Source: a virus
Reading direction: 5' to 3' (one strand)
Virus record (IMG/VR): IMGVR_UViG_3300037468_000183
Coordinates: 1 to 64,000 of that record
Length of the DNA stretch: 64,000 nt
Below the pieces are notes generated by a model. That model saw only the letters and a program-made list of their open reading frames with translations, was not told the DNA's origin and made no database searches. Position 1 is the stretch's first letter. Each line of letters opens with the position of its first letter. Positions 57,597 to 64,000 of this stretch are shown piece after piece. The translations under genes and the position numbers were made by a program.

Positions 57597-58079
57597 ATGG
57601 CAACCATCATCGTTGCCGCGCCGCAATGCACGCCGGCGCGCTACTGGCAGACGCGTGTCGAGGGCCAGCTTGCAGAGTATGGCGCAAAACAGGCCGGCCT
57701 GCGCGTCGATGCGGAGGAAGTCGGGAAGTCCTACATCCGCATCAAGGTTGACGTTTCGGACGACTACGCCAACTTTGCCGAGTATACGCTACTGCGTTTC
57801 GGCTATCAGCAGATGTCGAAGCCCATCAATCCCAAGAATCAAAAGTTGGCGAAACGCTATCTCGACTTGGCGGCGGCTGGCGCATCATGGCAGGAAGCCG
57901 GCTGCAAGACGAAAAACAAAGGCGCGGTCATCGGGGAGCTTGGCGTGAGTGCGCCGGTGCCATCCTGGAAATCTCAGGGCAAACTATGGAGTCAAGGCTA
58001 TAAGCCGGCGACCAAACGCCGCAAGGCGCGTCAGCACAAGGGTGCTTTGCGGACATGGCTGGAGGATTTGCTACCATGA
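57597..58079 (+). CDS. Hypothetical basic protein
   Basis: GGAG RBS. Confidence 0.6.
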   Translation: MATIIVAAPQCTPARYWQTRVEGQLAEYGAKQAGLRVDAEEVGKSYIRIKVDVSDDYANFAEYTLLRFGYQQMSKPINPKNQKLAKRYLDLAAAGASWQEAGCKTKNKGAVIGELGVSAPVPSWKSQGKLWSQGYKPATKRRKARQHKGALRTWLEDLLP

Positions 58080-58267
58080 CCCTGCCGCAACTGCTCGCCA
58101 TCGCCGCTGGCATCGCCAGCATCATCCTGGTGCTGATCGACAACGAGCGCATCGCGGCACGCTCACCGCCAACGGACGCCACGGAGGACACGCCCGAACC
58201 GCAGCCGGCCATCCGGCTGAACTCATGGGATGAGCAGGAGCGATACATTCGGAGGGAGAAACCATGA
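58076..58267 (+). CDS. Single-TM membrane protein
   Basis: ATGA overlap, hydrophobic N-terminus. Confidence 0.55.
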   Translation: MTLPQLLAIAAGIASIILVLIDNERIAARSPPTDATEDTPEPQPAIRLNSWDEQERYIRREKP

Positions 58268-58551
58268 CCGGAGCATATTGGCCCGCGGCGACTTGGCCCG
58301 CAGATGACAACACGGAGGAAGCCATGACCGGAACGACACCACCGAAACAGCCGAGCACGACACTTGTCGCGTACTGTCCAGAGTGCTTTGGGATGCGCAT
58401 GATCCTGTGTCGCGAGAACATTGTGAGCGACCGGCCGCAAGCGTATTGGTTCGCCTGCACGGACTGTGGGGTAGAAACGACTCATGCGCCAACGCTCAGC
58501 GCCGTCAGAGACATGGTGCGCTGGGTGCCGATTGACGCCACGCTGGACTAG
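58264..58551 (+). CDS. Zn-ribbon protein (Lar-like architecture)
   Basis: CPECFG...FACTDCG..AV..W. Confidence 0.55.
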   Translation: MTGAYWPAATWPADDNTEEAMTGTTPPKQPSTTLVAYCPECFGMRMILCRENIVSDRPQAYWFACTDCGVETTHAPTLSAVRDMVRWVPIDATLD

Positions 58552-58572
58552 GCTGGACGCACCGCAAATGGC

Positions 58573-58600
58573 AAGGCCGACTTCTTGCGGAGTCGGCCTT
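58573..58600. terminator. Bidirectional terminator-like hairpin
   Basis: aaggccgacttc-ttgc-ggagtcggcctt between convergent genes. Confidence 0.65.
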
Positions 58601-58625
58601 GTCATTGTTGGGGCAGGTGGTGCGG

Positions 58626-58880
58626 CTATTCGTCGGTCTTCCGTGGTCTTCCTCCGAGCTTGCCATTGGCGGCGCTGCTTTTGGCCTTGCGCTCGCTGCG
58701 GATGCTGCCTAGTGCAGCGGCGGCGGCGGATGTCGCACCGTAACTTATCACCTCGGCAAACAGGGCCTTGATTGTCGCTTCGTCTTTTACGGCAAAGCAC
58801 TTGCTGGCCCAGGGCCAATATGCGTCATTGTATGCGGAGCACTTGGCGATCAGTTCATCAATGTTAAGGTCGGGTTTCAC
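58626..58880 (-). CDS. Small basic protein
   Basis: AAAALGSIRSERKAKSSAANGKLGGRPRK, a motif common in phage proteins. Confidence 0.65.
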   Translation of the reverse strand: MKPDLNIDELIAKCSAYNDAYWPWASKCFAVKDEATIKALFAEVISYGATSAAAAALGSIRSERKAKSSAANGKLGGRPRKTDE

Positions 58881-58920
58881 GACTTACCGCGCGATACCGG
58901 ACGCCGCGTCACGTTGCCGC

Positions 58921-58950
58921 TTGACACGTGACGCGCATCGGATGTATGAT
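58921..58950 (+). promoter_or_regulatory. Promoter upstream of non-coding structured region
   Basis: TTGACA-18nt-TATGAT. Confidence 0.58.
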
Positions 58951-58954
58951 ACTC

Positions 58955-59186
58955 GCGATGCAGGCACAGACGCCCGCCGTGTGCGCGGGGCGCGTCAGGG
59001 GATGGGGCGCTCCGCCACACGCCTGCAACGCATACCACCGGAAACGCGGCGCTTTGGGCAGCGTCGCGCGACCGGCGCACCTGGAGCAGATGACGTGCCT
59101 TGAGAAAGCCACAGCAACGTCACGGATGCGTTTTCCCTCCTTGTTCCGTGTCCGAAGGTCGAGTGTGCGCAGACCTGTCTGCTCCA
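58955..59186 (+). ncRNA. Candidate multi-stem ncRNA including family 2 element copy 1 (59082-59186)
   Basis: Own promoter, no credible ORF, consecutive stems. Confidence 0.5.
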
Positions 59187-59244
59187 TTGTTCTCACGGAT
59201 TCCCTCAGTGCAGTGCTCTCCTGGTCTCGAGCCTAAATTGCTGC

Positions 59245-59273
59245 TTGACACGCACCATGTATCGTGCTATGCT
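59245..59273 (+). promoter_or_regulatory. Promoter of the EAD7/holin-like operon
   Basis: TTGACA-17nt-TATGCT with extended -10 TG. Confidence 0.7.
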
Positions 59274-59299
59274 GAACATAATACCAATCCACAATATGG

Positions 59300-59797
59300 A
59301 TGAAGATGAATGCCACCGAGCTACGCGCGTTTATTGCAGATCGCTACAACGACGATGAGCTGCGCGCGTTGGCGTTTGATCTTGGCATTCCGTTTGAGGA
59401 TTTAGGCGCACCAGATAGCGGCAAAACCGCACGCGTGCAAGCTCTCATCGAGTGGTGTAATCGTCATGGCCGCTACGCAGAACTGGAAACCACCGCTCGC
59501 CGCGCGCGTACATCCGCCACGGCAGCCCGGCCCGCGCCCGCGATGAATGACTGGGGGCCAGCCGGCATTGATCGCATGGTGCGTCACATGGATGAGCTAC
59601 GCGAGGATGTGGCCGAGCTGGTGACGAAAGTCGAGCTCCAGAACCAGAGGCTCGCGATGCTGGAGAAGCACATTGATAGGATCATCGAGCATCCGCGGTC
59701 AGTATCCTGGCAGACGTGGGCCGTGGCCATCATCGGTCTCGGAATGGCCGTGGCGCTGGTCTACAGCGTCGGACAGTTCTTGCTAGGCGGGCACTAA
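59300..59797 (+). CDS. EAD7-like domain + coiled coil + C-terminal TM
   Basis: LRAFIADRYNDDELRALAFDLGIPFEDL..GKTARVQALIEWCNRHGR. Confidence 0.7.
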   Translation: MKMNATELRAFIADRYNDDELRALAFDLGIPFEDLGAPDSGKTARVQALIEWCNRHGRYAELETTARRARTSATAARPAPAMNDWGPAGIDRMVRHMDELREDVAELVTKVELQNQRLAMLEKHIDRIIEHPRSVSWQTWAVAIIGLGMAVALVYSVGQFLLGGH

Positions 59798-60237
59798 TGG
59801 CAGATTATCCGCGTGAGGGTGTCGTCATCCTGTACGCGCTGCTGACGGCGACGCAGATTTATCTCGCGTTGCTATGGGCGCTGGGCCGGCTGCGACCGCT
59901 CGGCGTCGTCTGGAATACGCTCACCTATCTCGTGCTGGCGCTGGCGTTTGGCTTGACGACGCTGGGCACGTTCAACCCACCGCTCGTCAACCTGGTCGAG
60001 CAGCGCTGGCTGTTGCGGGCCTGTTATACGGCATACCTCGTCTTGTGCGTCTTCGCCATCCTGACACATTGGTTTTCGCTGTTTCGGCAGACGATGCGGC
60101 GCGACGCGGAGGACGCCCGACGCATTGCTGAGGCACGGCAGATCGTGGCGGAGGATCGGCGGCGCATAGCGGAGGATGCGCGCACCGCTGAGCAGGATGC
60201 ACGCAAGCATCCAGCGGATTCTCCGCCAGCATCCTGA
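59797..60237 (+). CDS. Three-TM membrane protein with charged repeat tail
   Basis: TAATG overlap; RRIAE repeats. Confidence 0.65.
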   Translation: MADYPREGVVILYALLTATQIYLALLWALGRLRPLGVVWNTLTYLVLALAFGLTTLGTFNPPLVNLVEQRWLLRACYTAYLVLCVFAILTHWFSLFRQTMRRDAEDARRIAEARQIVAEDRRRIAEDARTAEQDARKHPADSPPAS

Positions 60238-60238
60238 T

Positions 60239-60337
60239 GTGTGGCAGATGGCGCGCTGAACCTCCATCAGCCTGGCAGCGCCACCGGGGTTTGACATTGG
60301 CTGCGGAAGGTCGAGCGCGCAGACCTGTCTGCCACAC
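60239..60337 (+). ncRNA. Structured RNA element, family 2, copy 2
   Basis: 11-bp closing stem; shares GAAGGTCGAG..GCGCAGACCTGTCTGC with 59154-59182. Confidence 0.5.
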
Positions 60338-60357
60338 GACATAACGGAGGCGACATA

Positions 60358-60615
60358 ATGACAGCAACCGGCGACAAGACGGCCGTATACGAGATCCCGG
60401 AGGCGCGCGAGATCGAGCCGATCCCATCGCAGCAACAGGCTCCGCATCTCTACGATTGGGCGACTCTCGCGCTGGCGATTGCCGGTATCATCGCGATCCT
60501 GGGTATGTTCGTGCTCTCGTTGCTTGGCAAGCCTGTGCCCGAGGGCATCGGCACGCTCGGCGGTGTGGCGCTTGGCGCGCTCGCGGGCATGGTGGCAGTC
60601 AGTCGCAAGCCGTAG
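60358..60615 (+). CDS. Holin-like two-TM protein
   Basis: GGAGG RBS; two TM segments around GKPVPE. Confidence 0.55.
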   Translation: MTATGDKTAVYEIPEAREIEPIPSQQQAPHLYDWATLALAIAGIIAILGMFVLSLLGKPVPEGIGTLGGVALGALAGMVAVSRKP

Positions 60616-60904
60616 GGTTTTGAGGCAGTCGGATGGTGAGGGCGGGAGTAAGCGTGCCTACCCGTATTCACGGACAGGCACAGCAGAAACGAGTCGGACG
60701 GAGCCGGGTTGGTCGTTTCGCATCCGTAGGTCAGACGTGTCCAGGCGCAGCTTTACCACTTCCTACGGGCCTACTCTCTTGCGAGACTGCGGCGGTTTGC
60801 GGATGATCTGGATGGGCGAAGGTCACGCCGTTACCCGAAGGCCCAGGATAGGCAATCCCTGGTGTTGTGCTGCATATGGCGCTTGAATCGCCTACAGCAT
60901 AGCA
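60605..60904 (+). ncRNA. Candidate ~300-nt multi-branched ncRNA
   Basis: Nested stems forming a four-way junction plus two hairpins. Confidence 0.45.
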
Positions 60905-60931
60905 TGACTAGAACGGCAGAGGATGACATTG

Positions 60932-61062
60932 AGCCGACACGTTACCGACAGTGAGCCGACATCTAGCCGACATTCCGATAGTAATGATAACCCGTCAAGA
61001 GGGATTGACAACGAACGATACAGCTTGCTGACATTCAGCCGACATTCAGCCGACATTCAGCC
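60932..61062. repeat. AGCCGACA motif cluster with (GACATTCAGCC)x3
   Basis: Exact 11-bp triple tandem at 61030-61062 and several dispersed copies. Confidence 0.8.
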
Positions 61063-61095
61063 AGCGGCAAAATCATAATGCGCAAAACTGGCCTA

Positions 61096-61124
61096 TTGCG
61101 TTTTCGCGCATCCGGGTGTATGCT
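61096..61124 (+). promoter_or_regulatory. Possible promoter for the ParB-MTase/terS2/terL2 operon
   Basis: TTGCGT-17nt-TATGCT; ATG 9 nt downstream, no RBS. Confidence 0.45.
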
Positions 61125-61133
61125 TGTGACGCC

Positions 61134-62489
61134 ATGAATCTAAGCGAGTTTCGTCCCGCACGAGTCAACGCAAATCGCCACACGGCGCGCGGCATCGGCG
61201 CGCTCGAAAAGAGCATCCAGTCAGACGGCTGGATCGGCGCGATGACCACCGCCGCCGATGGCGAGATGATCGCCGGCAGCGCCCGCATCGAGACGGCGGC
61301 GGGCGTGTTCGGCGTGGACGCGGAGCCGGTTGTCATCCACAGCGACGGCAAGCGGCCTATTGTTGTCATTCGCGATGACATCCCGAACGCGTCAACGAAG
61401 GTCGCGCAACGGCTGGCGCTGGCGGACAATCGCATTCACCAGCTTGACCTGGACTTCGACGTGCAGGTGCTCACCAGCTTCGATGCCGACGTGCTGGAAG
61501 GCTTGTGGACGGGCGACGAAATCAGCGACATGGGCCAGCAGTGGGCGGATGAGCAGAGCCGCAACGCCGAAGACCCCGGCGCGCAAGTGGACAAGGCGGA
61601 GGAACTGCAAGCCAAGTGGCACGTGCAACCCGGCGACCTGTGGGCGATGGGTGACCACCGTCTGCTGTGCGGAGATTGTCGGGAGCCTGCATCCTGGGTG
61701 CGCTTGCTTGCGGGCGTCAAGGCCAATGGCGTTTTCACATCCCCGCCTTATGCCGAGCAGCGCAAGGAGCAATACGGCGGGACACCAGCCGCCGAATACG
61801 TGGCATGGTGGGAAGCGGTGCAGGCCAACGTCAAGGCGCATCTCGCGCCCGATGGTTCGTTCTTCGTGAACATCAAGCCGCACTGCGCAGACGGCGAGCG
61901 TGTGCTGTACGTGTTTGATCTGGTGCTGGCGATGAAGCGGGAGTGGGGCTGGCGTTTCGTGGATGAGTTGTGTTGGACAAACCGGGGATTCCCTGGCGAG
62001 CCGCAAGACAGATTCCAGAACGCTTTTGAGCCGGTATATCACTTTTCGGATGGAAAAATCAAGTTTCGCCCAAAGGCCGTTTGGCATTCAAGCGATTCGG
62101 TTCCCGTACACAAGGCGGGGCAGAACTTCAGGCAATCCAATCGAGGAAACGGCTTTGAGAGTCCAGACGTAGAAAGCGGGATGGCCTACCCTCGCAATGT
62201 CCTGGATATCCCAAATGGCAATGGCGGAGATTCGCGACACGCTGCCGCCTTTCCAGTCGCGTTGCCTGACTTCTTCGTGCGCGCCTACTCGGACGCCGGC
62301 GACGTGTGGCTTGATCCGTTCTGCGGCAGTGGCACGACGATTGTCGCCGCGCACAACAACAAGCGGCGGGGATTCGGAATCGAGATGCTGCCGAAGTATT
62401 GCGCCGTGATCCTGGAACGCATCAGCGGCCTGGGGATTACGCCTGCACTGTTGAGCAATGGGGGAACTGTGGCCGATGGCGGGCGCTGA
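61134..62489 (+). CDS. ParB-like N-domain + amino DNA methyltransferase fusion
   Basis: NANRH..SIQSDGW..IAGSAR..LADNR; GDHRLLCGD, FTSPPY, HAAAFP, DPFCGSGT. Confidence 0.9.
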   Translation: MNLSEFRPARVNANRHTARGIGALEKSIQSDGWIGAMTTAADGEMIAGSARIETAAGVFGVDAEPVVIHSDGKRPIVVIRDDIPNASTKVAQRLALADNRIHQLDLDFDVQVLTSFDADVLEGLWTGDEISDMGQQWADEQSRNAEDPGAQVDKAEELQAKWHVQPGDLWAMGDHRLLCGDCREPASWVRLLAGVKANGVFTSPPYAEQRKEQYGGTPAAEYVAWWEAVQANVKAHLAPDGSFFVNIKPHCADGERVLYVFDLVLAMKREWGWRFVDELCWTNRGFPGEPQDRFQNAFEPVYHFSDGKIKFRPKAVWHSSDSVPVHKAGQNFRQSNRGNGFESPDVESGMAYPRNVLDIPNGNGGDSRHAAAFPVALPDFFVRAYSDAGDVWLDPFCGSGTTIVAAHNNKRRGFGIEMLPKYCAVILERISGLGITPALLSNGGTVADGGR

Positions 62490-62820
62490 AAACCTGAAGC
62501 CGTTTGTCAAAGGCGATCCGCGCATTAACCGCAAGGGCCGACCTCGCACCTTCGACGCGCTGCGCGAGCTTGCGCAACAGATCGCGCATGAGACCGTCAA
62601 GGACAAGAGCGGCGATCCCGTCGTCGTCGAGGGCCACGCCGCGACGGTGACCGAGATCATCCTGCGCAAGTGGGCGGCCAGCAATGATCCCCGCTTGCAG
62701 ATGGCGTTCGTGGAAGTCGCCTACGGCAAAGAGGCGCTCAAGGCCGAAATCAGCGGGGCCAATGGTGGCACGCTCGATATCCATGTGATCTACGATGCCA
62801 AGCCAGAACAGACGGGTTGA
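62476..62820 (+). CDS. terS: Second terminase small subunit (DUF5681-like N-terminus)
   Basis: ENLKPFVKGDPRINRKGRPR; C-terminal EISGANGG; between MTase and terL. Confidence 0.75.
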   Translation: MAGAENLKPFVKGDPRINRKGRPRTFDALRELAQQIAHETVKDKSGDPVVVEGHAATVTEIILRKWAASNDPRLQMAFVEVAYGKEALKAEISGANGGTLDIHVIYDAKPEQTG

Positions 62821-64000
62821 CGTGCATCTGCCGACGCCGCACCAGCGCCAGGCGGAGTTCATCGCGTCCGGCGTGCCGAGAAAATGTGTCCGGGCAGGCA
62901 GACGCGGCGGGAAAACGGTCGGCGTGTCTGTGCTGGCCGTCGAGCAATTCCTGGCCGGCAAGCGCATCCTATACGGCGCGCCGACGACTGAGCAGGTGGA
63001 TCGCTTCTGGACGACCGTCACGCGCGCGCTGGCCGAGCCGATCGCGCGCAAGGTCTTCTACAAAAACGAGACCGAGCACGTCATCGAGCGCCTGGGCACG
63101 GAGCAGCGCATCCGGGCCAAAACGTGCTGGAACAGCAATACCCTGCGTGGCGATTACGCCGACGTTTTGATCCTGGACGAATGGCAACTCATGGACGAAG
63201 CCGCCTGGGATGAGGTCGGCGCGCCGATGCTGCTCGATAACAACGGTGACGCGATCTTCATTTACACGCCGCCCAGCCTGCATTCTCGTAGCGTCTCGAA
63301 GGCGCGTGATCCGCAACATGCGGCGAAGATGTTCAAGCGGGCGCAAGGGGACACGTCCGGCAGATGGCAGACGTTCCACTTCACGAGTCGCGAGAATCCG
63401 CACATCTCGACGGCGGCGCTGGACGAAATCGCGCACGACATGACGGCCGTAGCCTATCGCATGGAGATCATGGCCGAAGATGTGGACGAAGCGCCTGGCG
63501 CACTCTGGAAGCGCGAGCACCTCGACAGCGGGCGAGTGCTCCAAGCGCCCGAACTCAAGCGCGTCTTCGTGGGTGTCGATCCTTCCGGCAGCGTCGGCGG
63601 CGATGCGACTGGCATTGTGACGGTGGGTGGCGTCGGCAATCAGCTTTTTGTGCTGGCCGATGACACGCTCAACGGCACGCCGCTAGAATGGGCGAAAGCT
63701 GCCGTGACTGCCTACTATCGCCACGGCGCTAACGGCATCGTGGCAGAGGCCAACTTTGGCGGTGACATGGTGCTCCAGACGATTCGCACGGTAGACGCCA
63801 ATGTACCGGTCAAGCTGGTCACGGCTTCCCGCTCGAAGCAAGTGCGCGCCGAGCCGGTAGCAGCGGTCTTCGAGCAACAGCGCGGCCATCTCGTCGGCAC
63901 GTTTCCGGCGCTGGAAGACGAGCTTGTGCTGTGGACGCCCGGCGATGCGTCACCGAATCGACTCGACGCTATGGTCTGGGCGGCGACCGATTTGCTGAGC
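62795..64000 (+). CDS. terL: Second terminase large subunit (Terminase_6-like), runs off window
   Basis: Translated by hand: PHQRQ, AGRRGGKT, LRG..LILDE, RENPH, VGVDPS..DATG, AEANFGG, SPNRLDA. Confidence 0.92.
   Translation, partial: MPSQNRRVDVHLPTPHQRQAEFIASGVPRKCVRAGRRGGKTVGVSVLAVEQFLAGKRILYGAPTTEQVDRFWTTVTRALAEPIARKVFYKNETEHVIERLGTEQRIRAKTCWNSNTLRGDYADVLILDEWQLMDEAAWDEVGAPMLLDNNGDAIFIYTPPSLHSRSVSKARDPQHAAKMFKRAQGDTSGRWQTFHFTSRENPHISTAALDEIAHDMTAVAYRMEIMAEDVDEAPGALWKREHLDSGRVLQAPELKRVFVGVDPSGSVGGDATGIVTVGGVGNQLFVLADDTLNGTPLEWAKAAVTAYYRHGANGIVAEANFGGDMVLQTIRTVDANVPVKLVTASRSKQVRAEPVAAVFEQQRGHLVGTFPALEDELVLWTPGDASPNRLDAMVWAATDLLS

Noticed and set aside
59082-59186. Hammerhead ribozyme (CAGAUGA...GAA...GUC)
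   Set aside because: The core needs CUGAnGA and GAAA; here CAGA is paired in the closing stem and GAA is followed by G
60932-61062. CRISPR array
   Set aside because: Repeats are 8-11 bp with no unique spacers and no cas genes
61134-62489. ParB partner for the parS sites
   Set aside because: It is the common ParB-N + MTase fusion found before terminases and lacks the HTH that reads parS

Overview
The window is almost entirely one GC-rich tailed phage (siphovirus-like) genome or prophage. A rightward late arm (43-33985) holds P27-type TerS/TerL, an HK97-type portal, protease and capsid, three tandem paralogue pairs, a tail with a G/GT-type frameshift, fibre/adaptor genes and host-like surface-protein morons. 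A leftward early/middle arm (34053-55049) holds DNA methyltransferases, HNH/VRR-NUC/GIY-YIG nucleases, a PAPS-reductase-like enzyme, a helicase, an initiator, a primase and many small genes. A rightward arm from a divergent promoter at ~55.3-55.5 kb holds an HTH gene, a membrane FtsK-like ATPase, an EAD7-membrane fusion, a holin-like gene, a ParB-MTase and a second, unrelated TerS/TerL pair that runs off the window. Several protein signatures point to a Chloroflexota host (inference). I found no integrase, cI-type repressor, canonical endolysin, tRNA or CRISPR array. Most notable: a DNA methyltransferase with five tandem SPPY catalytic-loop modules; two perfect chromosomal-type parS sites plus an FtsK-like operon where a lysogeny module is expected; two intact terminase systems; and two families of duplicated, covarying structured intergenic RNA elements with larger multi-stem RNAs. 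All family assignments come from motif recognition by eye, not database searches.
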